From Dehalococcoidia bacterium (GTDB taxonomy: Bacteria > Chloroflexota > Dehalococcoidia > UBA2979), in assembly GCA_965262725.1 (NCBI GenBank), contig OZ253555.1:1920001-1984000 (forward strand): a stretch of DNA of 64,000 bases, read 5' to 3'. Below are positions 23,801 through 30,402 of this stretch, one piece after another. How positions within the stretch are numbered: position 1 is the stretch's first letter; each line of letters opens with the position of its first letter. The notes beneath the pieces are model-generated. The model did not search any database. It was not told the DNA's origin and saw nothing but the letters and a program-made list of their open reading frames with translations. Made by a program: the position numbers and the translations under genes.

Positions 23801-26800
23801 GCCACCACCGCGTGGGTGATGGCGGCCGTGTCGTTCGCGGCGTCGGCGTCCTGGGCCGCCCGCGCCGTCACCGTCTGCGCCGTGCCCCAGTTACTGGAAG
23901 TGAAAGTCAAAGTGGCCGGCGACACGGTCACGTCCGTATTGCCGCTGGCGGTGACGTCGATCACCACGTCAGAGGAGGGCTGTTTGTTCAGCACCACCGT
24001 GTAGTTGCTGTTGCCGCCCTCGATCACCGACACCGCTGTTTCGGACACCGTCACTCCGACCGCGTCGTCGTCGACGACGATCACCTCCACCACGTTGTCG
24101 TATCTCAAGCCGTTGTACTGGCTGCAGGTGCACCGTACAACGTAGGATACCTGGGCCCTGTCGCTCGCCTCGATGTCCTGGGAGGCGGACATCGTCACCG
24201 TCTGCGCTGTGTCCCAGTTGCTGGAAGTGAAGAACAGCGACGCCGGCGCCCGCGTCACGTTCCCGTCGGAGACGAGAAGAACGAAGACCGTCACTCCGAA
24301 GGCGCCTGGGGGTGAGGTGTTAAGCACCACGGTGTAGGTGGCGCTGCCGCCCTCGGCCACCGTCAGCCGGGACACGGAGCTTGTCACCCCGGCGGTGGGG
24401 GTTTCGTCGTCGATGACGGTCACCCGCACCCGGGCGATGGTCACGTTGTCGTACTCGTCGGCGCTTTGGGCGGCCACCACCGCGTGGGTGATGGCGGCCT
24501 TGTCGTTCGCCGCGTCGGCGTCCTGGTCCGCGGCCACCCTCACCGTCTGCGCCGTGCTCCAGTTGTTCGGGGTGAAGGTCAGCGTGTTCTGGCTGCCGGA
24601 CGTCGCCGCGTCGGTGTCCACCGTCACGTCGGAATTGTTGCTGGTCACCGCGATCACCACGTCGGAGGTGGGCTGGGCGTTCAGCGCCACGGTGTAGGTG
24701 TTGCTGCCGCCCTCGTCCATCCTCATCCTGGGCCTGGACACCGTCACCCCGGCGGTCTCGTCGTCGTCGACGGTCACCGCCACCCCGGCGATGGTCGCGG
24801 TGTCGTACTCGTCGGCGCTTTCGGCGGGCGCCACCGCGTGGGCGATGGCGGCCGAGTCGTCCGCCGCGTCGGCGTCCTGGGCGGCGGCCACCGTCACCGT
24901 CTGCGCCGTGTCCCAGTTGTCCCCGGTGAAGGTCAGGGTGGCCGGCGACACCGTCACGTCGGTACTGCCGCTCTTGGTTACGTTGATCACCACGTCGGAG
25001 GTGGGCTGCGCGTCCAGGACCACCGTGTAGGTGTTGTCGCCGCCCTCGGCCACGGTCAGCGTGGTTTCGGACACCGTCACGCCGACGGTGTCGTCGTCGG
25101 TGACGGTCACGGCCACCCCGGCGGCGGCCAAGCCGCTGTACGGGCCGGACACGTTGTCGGACGACACAGTGTAGCGCAGCTGGGCTTTGTCGTTCACCGC
25201 GTCGGCGTCGTGGGCGGCGGCCACCGTCACCGTCTGCGGTGTGTTCCAGTTGCTCGGGGTGAAGGTCAGCCTGTTCTGGATGCCTGGCTGCGTCGCGTCG
25301 GTGTCCAACGTCACGTCCGGGTTGTCGTCGGCGATGATAATCGCCACGTCGGCGGAGGGCTGGGTGTTCAGCACCACGGTGTAGGTGGCGCTGCCGCCCT
25401 CGGCCACCGCCAGCGTGGATTCGGAGTTTGTCACGCCCGCGTCGTCATCGGCGACGGTCACCGCCACCCCGGCGATGGTCGCGGTGTCGTACTCGTCGGC
25501 GCTTTCGGCGGGCACCACCGCGTGGGCGATGGCGGCCGAGTCGTTCACCGCGTCGGCGTCGTGGGCGGCCCGCACCGTCACCGTCTGGGCCGTGCTCCAG
25601 TTGCTCGAGGTGAAGGTCAGCCGCGCCGGCGCCGGCGTCACGGCCGAATTGCTGCTGGTCACCGTGATCACCACGTCGGAGGAGGGCTGGGGGTCCAGCT
25701 TCACCGTGTAGGTGTTGCTGGCGCCCTCGACCACTGTCAGCGTGGTTTCGGACACCGTCACGCCGACGGTCTCGTCGTCGATGACGGTCACGGCCACCCC
25801 GGCGGCGAGCACGCTGTTGTACGGGCCGGACCTGTCGGCCGTATAGCTTACCGCGTGGTCCAGCTGGGCTTGGTCGTCCGCGGCGTCGGCGTCCTGGGCG
25901 GCGGACACCTTCACCGTCTGCGGCGTGTTCCAGTTGCCCGGGGTGAAGAGCATGAAGGCCTGGAGGCCTGGGAAGATCGCGTCGGCGTCCACCTTCACGT
26001 CCTGGTTGTTGTTGTCAATGCGAATCAGCACGTCGGCGGCGGGCTGGGCGTTCAGCACCACGGTGTAGGTGGCGCTGGCGCCCTCGTCCAACGTCAGCGT
26101 GGTTTCGGACACCGTCACCCCGGCGGTCTCGTCGTCGGTGACGGTCACGGCCACCCCGGCGGCGAGCACGCTGTTGTACGGGCCGGACCTGTCGAACGTA
26201 TAGCTTACCGCGTGGTCCAGCTGGGCCTGGTCGTCCGCGGCGTCGGCGTCCTGGGCGGCGGACACCTTCACCGTCTGCGGCGTGCTCCAGTTGCCCGGGG
26301 TGAAGAGCAAGAAGGCCTGGGCGCGTGCCCTACCCGCATCGGCGTCCACCCCCACGTCCAGGTTGTTGTTGTCAATGCGAATCAGCACGTTGGAGGCGGG
26401 CTGGGCGTTCAGCACCACGGTGTAGGTGGCGCTGGCGCCCTCGTCCAACGTCAGCGCGGTCTCGGACACCGTCACCCCGGCGGTGTCGTCGTCGGTCACG
26501 GTCACCGACACCCCGGCGATGGCCGCGGTGTCGTACTCGTCGGCGCTCTGGGAGGCGTCGACGGCGTGGGCGATGGCGGCCGTGTCGTTCACCGCGTCGG
26601 CGTCCTGTGCCCCCCGCACCGTCACCGTCTGCGCCGTGCTCCAGTTGGCCGGGGTGAAGGTCAGGGTGGCCGGCGACACCGTCACATCGGGACTGCCGCT
26701 CCTGGTGACGCCGATCACTACGTCGGAGGTGGGCTGCCTGTTCAGCACCACGGTGTAGGTGGCGCTGCCGCCCTCGTCCAACGTCAGCGTGGTTTCGGAC

Positions 26801-27747
26801 ACCGTCACCCCGGCGGTCTCGTCGTCGCTGACGGTCACGGCCACCCCGCTCGGAGCCGCCACAACCGGGGCGTCCGTTTTCTGTTGCGCATTCTTGCCCG
26901 ATCCTTGGCTGTCGGTGTAAGCCGCCGTGGCTCGCAGGTAGCTGCCAACGTCGGCGGCAACCGGTCTGTAGGTGGACGACGTTGCGCCGGCAATAGCGGT
27001 CCACGTAGTTTGGTCCGAGGATTTACTCCAGGTCCAACCTATGATGGAAACACCCCCGTCGAGGTCGGTGATACTGGCCGTCAGGTCTATGCCAACGACG
27101 GGCGCTTGGGACGACAGGGTTATCGCGCCCGCCTCGTCCTCGTTGGTTACTGTGATGGTCAGTGTTACTTTGCTGCTCAAGTTATTGGGGTCGGTGGCGA
27201 TAACATCGACCTGGTACGAGGATTTGGTCTCGTAGTCCAGCGGCGCGTTGGCCCGCAATTCCCCGACGGTAGTATCGTTGATGTTGAAGGAGGCGGCGTC
27301 GGTCCCGCCCAGGGAGTAGGTGATCGCCTCGCCGTTCGGCTCTTCGGCCGCAACAGTGGCGACGATGGTGGTGATATCGGCGTTCTCCGGCGTATCCCAG
27401 GTGGTGTCGGTATTGGCTGGGAACCGGGGAGCCACCTGGGGAGTGACCCGCAGGATCTTGTCCGCGCCGTTGCCCTCGGAGGTGGAAACATACAGGGCGT
27501 CGGTGTCCGCGTCCGTGGCCCCGACAGGCGCGCCGATGTTTGCGCCTGCGGCGGTGTTCTCGGCCACCGATCGGGCACCGTCCTCGCTGGACGGGAACGC
27601 CGGTTGACTGTTGGTTACCTGCGCCGCAGCGCTACCCACGATTAGGAAGGCGAGGAATAAGGCGCTTACTGCGGTCGCCGACAGGATTCGCTGCCGACGG
27701 CGCGGCAGAGTGTTCACTGTGTGCGGGAACGGGGTATTCCCCATCAC
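5845..27747 (-). CDS. Giant secreted repetitive surface protein/adhesin (7300 aa)
   Basis: Signal peptide (RRRQRILSATAVSALFLAFLIVGSAAA), cadherin-like domains (LDYETKSSY), ~51 Asp-rich ~110-aa beta-sandwich repeats, WSDG propeller-like repeats, Calx-beta-like block and a duplicated C-terminal domain. Confidence 0.9.
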   Translation of the reverse strand: MMGNTPFPHTVNTLPRRRQRILSATAVSALFLAFLIVGSAAAQVTNSQPAFPSSEDGARSVAENTAAGANIGAPVGATDADTDALYVSTSEGNGADKILRVTPQVAPRFPANTDTTWDTPENADITTIVATVAAEEPNGEAITYSLGGTDAASFNINDTTVGELRANAPLDYETKSSYQVDVIATDPNNLSSKVTLTITVTNEDEAGAITLSSQAPVVGIDLTASITDLDGGVSIIGWTWSKSSDQTTWTAIAGATSSTYRPVAADVGSYLRATAAYTDSQGSGKNAQQKTDAPVVAAPSGVAVTVSDDETAGVTVSETTLTLDEGGSATYTVVLNRQPTSDVVIGVTRSGSPDVTVSPATLTFTPANWSTAQTVTVRGAQDADAVNDTAAIAHAVDASQSADEYDTAAIAGVSVTVTDDDTAGVTVSETALTLDEGASATYTVVLNAQPASNVLIRIDNNNLDVGVDADAGRARAQAFLLFTPGNWSTPQTVKVSAAQDADAADDQAQLDHAVSYTFDRSGPYNSVLAAGVAVTVTDDETAGVTVSETTLTLDEGASATYTVVLNAQPAADVLIRIDNNNQDVKVDADAIFPGLQAFMLFTPGNWNTPQTVKVSAAQDADAADDQAQLDHAVSYTADRSGPYNSVLAAGVAVTVIDDETVGVTVSETTLTVVEGASNTYTVKLDPQPSSDVVITVTSSNSAVTPAPARLTFTSSNWSTAQTVTVRAAHDADAVNDSAAIAHAVVPAESADEYDTATIAGVAVTVADDDAGVTNSESTLAVAEGGSATYTVVLNTQPSADVAIIIADDNPDVTLDTDATQPGIQNRLTFTPSNWNTPQTVTVAAAHDADAVNDKAQLRYTVSSDNVSGPYSGLAAAGVAVTVTDDDTVGVTVSETTLTVAEGGDNTYTVVLDAQPTSDVVINVTKSGSTDVTVSPATLTFTGDNWDTAQTVTVAAAQDADAADDSAAIAHAVAPAESADEYDTATIAGVAVTVDDDETAGVTVSRPRMRMDEGGSNTYTVALNAQPTSDVVIAVTSNNSDVTVDTDAATSGSQNTLTFTPNNWSTAQTVRVAADQDADAANDKAAITHAVVAAQSADEYDNVTIARVRVTVIDDETPTAGVTSSVSRLTVAEGGSATYTVVLNTSPPGAFGVTVFVLLVSDGNVTRAPASLFFTSSNWDTAQTVTMSASQDIEASDRAQVSYVVRCTCSQYNGLRYDNVVEVIVVDDDAVGVTVSETAVSVIEGGNSNYTVVLNKQPSSDVVIDVTASGNTDVTVSPATLTFTSSNWGTAQTVTARAAQDADAANDTAAITHAVVAAESADEYDNVSIAGVTVTVTDDETAGVTVSETALEVAEGGNNTYTVVLGAQPTSGVVINVTASGSPDVTVSPATLTFTPANWSTAQTVTVAAAQDADAVDAAASISHAVDASRSADEYDAVTIAGVAVTVTDDETAGVTVSRPRLRVNEGGSKTYTVKLGVQPTSDVVINVTKSGSADVTVSPATLTFTSSNWDTAQTVTVAAAEDADAVNDAAAIAHAVDAARSADEYDNVTIAGVAVTVTDDETAGATVSETTLTVAEGGSATYTVVLDVQPASNVVISVTASGSSDVTVSPATLTFTTANWDTAQTVTVAAAQDADAVDDAASIAHAVDAARSADEYDNVTIAGVAVTVTDDDTAGATVSETALEVAEGGSATYTVVLNLQPTSDVVISVTASGNTDVTVSPATLTFTTANWDTAQTVTVAAAQDADAVDDAASIAHAVDAARSADEYDNVTIAGVAVTVTDDETAGVTVSVISVKAPEGGSATYTVVLDVQPTSDVVINVTKSGSSDVTVSPATLTFTTANWDTAQTVTVSAAQDADAVDDAAAISHAVVDASSDDLYDGLQIARVSVTVTEDDPGMRVSQTDGIVMTEGIPFSYTVALTTKPTSNVALIIGVLGSRGITVDGSPITFDLPGLGTLAAVELLFTPANWNTPQTVTVRAPDDDDSADDSATIYHGIIPGSSAEEYRSVPLIALEVFVNDDDPGVTVSPKARSLAEGGSATYTVLLDTEAASDVVISVSSDNTDVTVSPATLTFTTANWGTAQTVTVRAAHDADAVNDAASITHAVVDADSDDLYDGLRIARVSVTVTDDDAGVSVSETALTVAEGGSATYTVKLDAQPASDVVITVSSDNSDVTADTDAATSGNQTTLTFTPANWSTAQTVTVRAAQDADAANDAASITHAVDASRSANEFDNVSSAGVAVTVTDDETAGATVSATTLTVTEGGNNTYTVVLDVQPTSDVVITVSSDNSDVTATPAKLTFTPSNWSTAQTVTVAAAQDADAVNDAAAIAHAVDAARSANEFDAVTIAGVAVTVTDDDAGATVSETTLTVAEGGNATYTVKLDAQPAADVVITVSSDNSDVTADTDGATSGNQTTLTFSPSNWDTAQTVTVSAAEDADAVNDAASITHAVVAASSADEFDAVSIAELAVTVTDDDAGVTVSETTVTVAEGTSTTYTVKLDAQPASNVVISVTRSGSPDVTVSPATLTFTRANWSTAQTVTVRAAQDADAVNDAASITHAVVAASSADEFDAVTIAGVTVTVADDDAGVTVSPATLRIPEGNSSTYTVVLDAQPASDVVITVSSGNTDVTVSSARLTFTTANWDTAKTVTVSAAEDADAVNDTASITHAVVAASSADEYDAVTIAGVAVTVTDDDAGVSVSETTLTVTEGGSATYTVKLAAQPASDVVITVSSGNTDVTVSPATLTFTPSNWSTAQTVTVAAAQDADAVNDAAAIAHAVDAARSADEFDAVTIAGVAVTVTDDDARLVLDVEKLKMDEGSSSTAYDVKLGGQPTGNVVVRVTVSGSSDVAVDTDGSTDGDQDTLTFTNGNWDKGQLVRVRAAQDADAVDDAASITHSVVDADSADEFDAAPDTVRHVTVDDNDAGVTVSASKLTVDEGTSATYTVVLDALPAADVVITVSSDNSDVTVSPATLTFTPANWSTAKTVTVSAAQDADAVNDAASIAHAVTAASSAKEYDAVTIAGVTVTVADDDAGVTVSETALTVAEGGSATYTVVLDALPDSDVVITVTRSGDVTATPAKLTFTTANWSTAQTVTVRGAQDADAVNDAASITHAVNAASSAKEYDAVTIAGVAVTVTDDDDATLVVPGDAIMISEGIRSGGYTVRLSAQPTSNVVVRVTVSGSSDVAVDTDGSTDGDQDTLTFTNGNWDTGQLVRVRAAEDADAVDDEASITHSVVDAESADEFDAAPDAVRRVTVDDDDTAGATVSETTLTVAEGGSATYTVVLDVQPTSNVVIGVTKTGSSDVTVSPATLTFSSSNWDTAKTVTVSAAQDADAVNDAASITHAVNAAGSANEFDAATIAGVAVTVTDDETAGATVSETTLEVDEGGSATYTVKLDAQPASDVVISVTKSGSPDVTVSPATLTFSTSNWSTAQTVTVAAAQDPDAVNDAASITHAVDAARSADEYDAVAVAAVAVTVSDDDAGVTVSETTLEVAEGGSGAYTVKLNAQPAADVVISVSRSGSADVTASPATLTFTPSNWSTAQTVTVRAAQDADAVNDTASIAHAVVAARSADEYDAVAVAAVAVTVSDDDAGVTVSETTLTVAEGGNATYTVKLNAQPAADVVISVSRSGSADVTASPATLTFTPSNWSTAQTVTVRAAQDADAVNDTGSIAHAVVAARSANEYDAVAVAAVAVTVSDDDDAGVTVSETTLTVAEGGNGAYTVKLNAQPAADVVISVSRSGSADVTASPATLTFTPSNWSTAQTVTVRAAQDADAVNDTGSIAHAVVAARSANEYDAVAVAAVAVTVSDDDDAGVTVSETTLTVAEGGNGAYTVKLNAQPAADVVISVSRSGSADVTASPATLTFTPSNWSTAQTVTVRAAQDADAANDTASIAHAVVAARSANEYDAVAVAAVAVTVSDDDDAGVTVSETALTVAEGGSATYTVKLDAQPASDVVISVSRSGSADVTASPATLTFTPSNWSTAQTVTVRAAQDADAVNDTASIAHAVVAARSANEYDAVAVAAVAVTVSDDDDAGVTVSETTLEVAEGGSGAYTVKLNAQPASDVVISVSRSGSADVTASPATLTFTPSNWSTAQTVTVRAAQDADAVNDTGSIAHAVVAARSANEYDAVAVAAVAVTVSDDDDAGVTVSETTLTVAEGGNGAYTVKLNAQPAADVVISVSRSGSADVTASPATLTFTPSNWSTAQTVTVRAAQDADAANDAASIAHAVVAARSANEYDAVAVAAVAVTVSDDDAGVTVSETTLTVAEGGSATYTVKLDAQPASDVVISVSRSGSADVTASPATLTFTPSNWSTAQTVTVRAAQDADAVNDTGSIAHAVVAARSANEYDAVAVAAVAVTVSDDDDAGVTVSETTLTVAEGGNGAYTVKLNAQPAADVVISVSRSGSADVTASPATLTFTPSNWSTAQTVTVRAAQDADAANDAASIAHAVVAARSANEYDAVAVAAVAVTVSDDDAGVTVSETTLTVAEGGSATYTVKLDAQPASDVVISVSRSGSADVTASPATLTFTPSNWSTAQTVTVRAAQDADAVNDTASIAHAVVAARSANEYDAVAVAAVAVTVSDDDDAGVTVSETTLEVAEGGSGAYTVKLNAQPASDVVISVSRSGSADVTASPATLTFTPSNWSTAQTVTVRAAQDADAVNDTGSIAHAVVAARSANEYDAVAVAAVAVTVSDDDAGVTVSETTLTVAEGGNATYTVVLDAQPAADVVISVSRSGSADVTASPATLTFTPSNWSTAQTVTVRAAQDADAVNDTGSIAHAVVAARSANEYDAVAVAAVAVTVSDDDDAGVTVSASTLTVAEGGNGAYTVKLNAQPASDVVISVSRSGSADVTASPATLTFTPSNWSTAQTVTVRAAQDADAANDTGSIAHAVVAARSANEYDAVAVAAVAVTVSDDDDAGVTVSETALTVAEGGNGAYTVKLNAQPAADVVISVSRSGSADVTASPATLTFTPSNWSTAQTVTVRAAQDADAANDAASIAHAVVAARSANEYDAVAVAAVAVTVSDDDAGVTVSETTLTVAEGGSGAYTVKLNAQPAADVVISVTRSGSADVTASPATLTFTRANWSTAQTVTVRAAQDADAANDAASIAHAVVAARSANEYDAVAVAAVAVTVSDDDAGVTVSETTLTVAEGGSGAYTVKLNAQPAADVVISVTRSGSADVTASPATLTFTRANWSTAQTVTVRAAQDADAANDAASIAHAVVAARSANEYDAVAVAAVAVTVTDDDDAGVTVSASTLTVAEGGNGAYTVKLNAQPASDVVISVSRSGSADVTASPATLTFTPSNWSTAQTVTVRAAQDADAANDAASIAHAVVAARSANEYDAVAVAAVAVTVSDDDAGVTVSETALTVAEGGNATYTVVLDAQPAADVVISVSRSGSADVTASPATLTFTRANWSTAQTVTVAGAEDADAVNDAASIAHAVVAARSADEYDGATIAAVAVTVSDDDAGVTVSETALEVAEGGSGAYTVKLDAQPASDVVISVPRSGSADVTVSPATLTFTRANWSTAQTVTVRAAEDADAANDAASIAHAVVAARSADEYDAVAVAAVAVTVSDDDAGVTVSETTLTVAEGGSGAYTVVLDAQPAADVVISVTRSGSADVTASPATLTFTRANWSTAQTVTVRAAEDADAANDAASIAHAVVAARSADEYDAVAVAAVAVTVSDETAGVTVSETTLTVAEGGSGAYTVVLDAQPAADVVISVTRSGSADVTASPATLTFTRANWSTAQTVTVRAAEDADAVNDAASITHAVDAASSANEFDAVAVAAVAVTVSDDETAGVTVSETTLTVAEGGSGAYTVVLDAQPAADVVISVTRSGSADVTASPATLTFTRANWSTAQTVTVRAAEDADAANDAASIAHAVVAARSADEYDAVAVAAVAVTVSDDDAGVTVSETTLEVAEGGSGAYTVVLDAQPASDVVISVPRSGSADVTASPATLTFTRANWSTAQTVTVRAAEDADAVNDAASIAHAVVAARSADEYDGATIAAVAVTVSDDEAAGVAVTVTDADDPVGIPPERTSTEAVERDGYGWTGIWSDGDILWQAVNVRGADDAIHAYDLASGKRIQEREFELDETNRAPRGLWSDGVTIWVSDSGQDRLFAYKLESGERLQDRELALVGQNGAARGIWSDGKLMWVLDANQDALFAYIRSSGELIAKYSLHRANGDPRGLWSDGITIWVSDHRLFAYALPVPRQLELLTFTASGGSAQTVEVSTIEDGAAERGETFTLELRDASGGGGEPLTVSGSPLTTTINDDDAPRSGIALSVSERSIAEGSAATTLTVTATMHGGATLPTDTTLRLSLGGSASSGADYTATPLGAITVAAGRPSATTSFLLTPSDDSVVEGDETILVQGVHSGRLTVTEATITLEDDDRATLAISAPAGDLEEGSDVTFTVTLSAEVAAAVSVAWSVSGDAVAGRDYWPTSGSFMLSADSVVNTMPVTFAVGSVAGATRTITLALADDNLSELAESLTVSLGPAGGNLPTGVTVDEHNGEASATIAPSDPITVVLEGDASVDEGATATYPVSLSPTGVIPSADLTVGYTTANGSARAGTDYRPASGSLTFTASGGSAQTVQVSTIEDGAAERGETFTLELRDASGGGGEPLTVSGSPLTTTINDDDAPRSGIALSVSERSIAEGSAATTLTVTATMHGGATLPTDTTLRLSLGGSASSGADYTATPLGAITIAAGRPSATTSFLLTPSDDSVVEGDETILVQGVHSGRLTVTEATITLEDDDRATLAISAPAGDLEEGSDVTFTVTLSAEVAAAVSVAWSVSGDAVAGRDYWPTSGSFMLSADSVVNTMPVTFAVGSVAGATRTITLALADDNLSELAESLTVSLGPAGGNLPTGVTVDEHNGEASATIAPSDPITVVLEGDASVDEGATATYPVSLSPTGVIPSADLTVGYTTANGSARAGTDYRPASGSLTFPQGSPAASALVRVRDRDFAQLRGAGNSDPRGIWSDCGVMYVADAQDERHYRYDMPKSIDTCLASLSLSGMSIDAFFRGTTDYWGLITPGLTVTTVEAEARRQDATVVIEPADRDADPANGHQVAVEPEGEITVTVISADGSRRTVYRVRPVCLSGELAVGFSFVLYAGGSVEELEACALSRGVVALYALADGAYVPYILGAPRFVNQPFRELFAEALAPLTPLVAVSNESQEGRLVPGEIHSPTGSEPETWPGCLHGAMVEGFNLVVYEGGSVGELAACMQSQHVSALYTLHDSEFTPYILGAPPFVNAPFRELFTDGVRPLTPLIAKHEPPLGERAGEGTPGSSGEGQ
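6895..9087 (-). repeat. 1092-bp near-perfect tandem duplication (Calx-beta-like block)
   Basis: 6895-7986 repeats at 7987-9078 with only a few substitutions. Confidence 0.9.
9660..26840 (-). repeat. ~51 tandem 330-360-bp coding repeats; ~23 near-identical units at 9690-17340
   Basis: Unit AGVTVSETTLTVAEGG...TLTFTPSNWSTAQTVTV...VAVTVSDDD recurs every ~330-333 bp. Confidence 0.95.
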
Positions 27748-27937
27748 CTATTCACCCCTCTGCCACCGCCGTACCTAGATCGAATGCATGTTCAACAAAA
27801 ATCCAGACTGGGAGACGATTGTACTATCGTGCACTCCCAGACCCACAACCAAGACTTCTCCCCCGTCGGCCCCGACCGCAATCGGGACGATGATGCGTGT
27901 GTCAAGCCGCAATGCATCACCAACGGCGTGCGCCATC

Positions 27938-28305
27938 ATGACACAGGGACTCCTACCCATCGAGTACGCCGAGGCGCCGCGCTCGGGGGCGGGCGTCACG
28001 GCGCTGGCAGGCCTGCTCCTCTACCTCGATCTACTGGAGGCCGCGGGGCTGCGCGGATCGTTCGCGCGTCGCGCTCCCACGGCCCGCGTGCAGGGCTGGA
28101 GCGAGAGCCAGCTCTCCGTCGCCCCTCGTGCTCCTCAACCTCGCCGGCGGGGAGTCGGTCGACGACCTGGCATGCTCGAGCAGGACGAGTGCTTGGGCGA
28201 GGTCGTGCGGCAGGCCGAGCGCCACGGCGTGCGCCGCCGCACGCGGCGGGCGCGGCGGCCCCTTCCGGTGCCGGTGACCACCCGAGCGCCATCCCGCCCG
28301 TGGGA
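27938..28305 (+). pseudogene. N-terminal remnant of a different IS1380-like transposase
   Basis: MTQGLLPIEY...GVTALAGLLLYLDLL...QGWSESQL, then frameshifted LVLLNLAGGESVDDL. Confidence 0.6.
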
Positions 28306-28441
28306 ATGACAACTCCGTATGGCCCCTTACCTTCTTCAAATGAGCTCAGTAACCTCTGAGCCCGGGAAGCCCAGCGCGGCCGCCAGCCATCCCGCGAGTC
28401 CGGTAGCCTCTTGGGCCAGGGCACGCATCGCGGTAACCTAA

Positions 28442-29769
28442 GGGCACTTCGAAGAATGACTATATCGTCGGCATGGTGAATGATATACTGTAGCCATCAG
28501 TGTCATGGTTACGGGGGATGATATGGGCCAACTTGGATTCTTCAATGTGGACGACCGCTACGACGCTCTCGACGCCAAGGGCGACCCACTCGCCAAGCTC
28601 GACCAAATCATCCCGTGGGAGCAGTTCAGACCTCAGTTAGAAGCCGTCTGGGCCACGCCCGAAGAAGAGCGTAAATCACCGGCCGGACGCAAGCCATGGG
28701 ACGCAATCGTCATCTTCAAGGGATTGATACTCGGCGTACTCTACAACCTCTCCGATGAACAGATTGAGTATCAGATCCGCGACCGTCTCTCCTTCTCCCG
28801 CTTCTGCGGCACAGGCATCGAAGGCCGGGTGCCCGACGCCACCACCTTCTGGCTCTACCGCGAGCAGTTGACCAGGGCGGGCGCCATCGCCGAGTTGTTC
28901 CAGGCCTTCGACCACTATCTCGCCAGCCAGGGCTACCGCGCCAGTGGCGGACAGATCGTCGACGCCTCGATCGTCTCGGTGCCGATCCAGCGCAACAGCC
29001 GCCGGGAGAACGAGTCGCTCAAGCAGGACCTCATTCCCTCGGAGTGGGTCTTCAATCCGGCGAAGCTGGCCCAGAAAGACCTCGACGCCCGCTGGACGAA
29101 GAAGCACGGGAAGAGTCACTACGGCTACAAGAACCACATCACCATCGATCGGCGCCACAAGCTGGTGCGTTCCTACGCCGTCACCGATGCCGCGGTCCAT
29201 GACAGCCAGGTGATCGACCAGCTGCTCGACTCTCCGAACACGTCACCCGATGTGTGGGCAGACCGTGCCTATCGGTCGCGGGCGATTGAGGCAATGCTCA
29301 CGGAGAAAGGTCTGACGAGCCGCATCCATCGGAAGGCCGCTGCCAACCGGCCGTTGACGGCGGCTGAGGAGGCGGTCAACCGGGGATGGTCGCAAGTACG
29401 GGCCCGGGTTGAGCACATCTTCGGCTCGCAGACGAACGAGATGGGCGGCACGCACATCCGTACGATCGGCGTGCGGCGGGCAGTGACGCAGATCGGCTTC
29501 AAGAACCTGGCGTACAATATTCGCCGTCTGGCGCACCTCGAACACCGCCGTACGGCTGCCGCGGCCTAGCTTGCCGCCACCCGTCCACAGACCTCACACC
29601 AGCCTCTAGTTCGGTGCTTTGACAGTCCCGTTTAACTGTCAATTATCCCGCTTCACCTATGCTCTCGCGGACTCACCCACACCCCCTGGGGTCTCCTCAG
29701 CTACGCCCTCTGCCCCCTCGTGCCCTCACCGATACCTTCATCAAAAATCGCGAGTTCTTCGAGGTGCCC
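28442..29769 (+). mobile_element. IS5-family element, copy 1
   Basis: TIR GGGCACTTCGAAGAA/TTCTTCGAGGTGCCC; CTAA target duplication (28438-28441, 29770-29773). Confidence 0.9.
28505..29569 (+). CDS. IS5-family DDE transposase
   Basis: GDPLAKLDQIIPWEQFR, QIVDASIV, YGYKNH, WADRAY and VRARVEHIFG motifs. Confidence 0.95.
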   Translation: MVTGDDMGQLGFFNVDDRYDALDAKGDPLAKLDQIIPWEQFRPQLEAVWATPEEERKSPAGRKPWDAIVIFKGLILGVLYNLSDEQIEYQIRDRLSFSRFCGTGIEGRVPDATTFWLYREQLTRAGAIAELFQAFDHYLASQGYRASGGQIVDASIVSVPIQRNSRRENESLKQDLIPSEWVFNPAKLAQKDLDARWTKKHGKSHYGYKNHITIDRRHKLVRSYAVTDAAVHDSQVIDQLLDSPNTSPDVWADRAYRSRAIEAMLTEKGLTSRIHRKAAANRPLTAAEEAVNRGWSQVRARVEHIFGSQTNEMGGTHIRTIGVRRAVTQIGFKNLAYNIRRLAHLEHRRTAAAA

Positions 29770-29793
29770 CTAACGTGCCTTAGCCCTGATCCA

Positions 29794-30180
29794 GAGCGCC
29801 AGGCTAACTGGCGAGTAGGCAGGAGGTGGAAGTCCTCTATGGCAAAGAGCTAGCCACTCATGTCATTCCGCGAGCCGTGCGCGGGTCGTCGCGAGGCGGC
29901 TTGTGAAGCGTCGGCAGCGGGGTGTGCGGGCGGGGCTAATGAGCATCGAAAGGGCCATTTGGGGTGCCGAGGCTCTTGGATTGGTCGAAGGCAATACCGG
30001 CGACGGCGCTACTGGCGAGTCGTGGTCGGGCCCCACGGTGTCGAAGACCCCATGCACGCACACACGTCTATCGCCGGGACTTGGGAGAGCTGCGCGTTGT
30101 CCCGACGAGTCGTACGCCGGGACCGCGTCGGGAAGGGACGTAAACCGTAGCCGATGATGCACGATGCGCAGCAGTCTGAT
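29794..30180 (+). pseudogene. 5' fragment (D1-D2) of intron B behind an orphan IS1380 left end (29783-29793)
   Basis: Near-identical to 5833-5447; cut off at J2/3 by the right end of IS1380 copy 2. Confidence 0.85.
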
Positions 30181-30402
30181 CTCGAATCCACCGATCGAAG
30201 CTTGACGAGGCGGGGTGCCGGGCTGCCGGAGAGTTCGGCGGGCGTGCCGGCGTTCGCCGGGCGGCGCCGGGGGCGGGCCGGAGCCAGGAGCCGTCGCTGA
30301 GCGCAGCTCGGGGGCGCTGAGGGTGCGGGCGCGAGGGTGCGCGAGGCGTGCGCGGGCATGCTGGCGCGAGCCTCGGACCCGGGTCGGCGCTGTGAGCGGG
30401 CG

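Noticed and set aside
9769-27645. Very long plus-strand ORFs (3182, 845, 611 and 1059 aa) and ~50 short ~100-aa ORFs
   Set aside because: Antisense shadows of the GC-rich repetitive adhesin gene; unnatural G/H/R/V composition.
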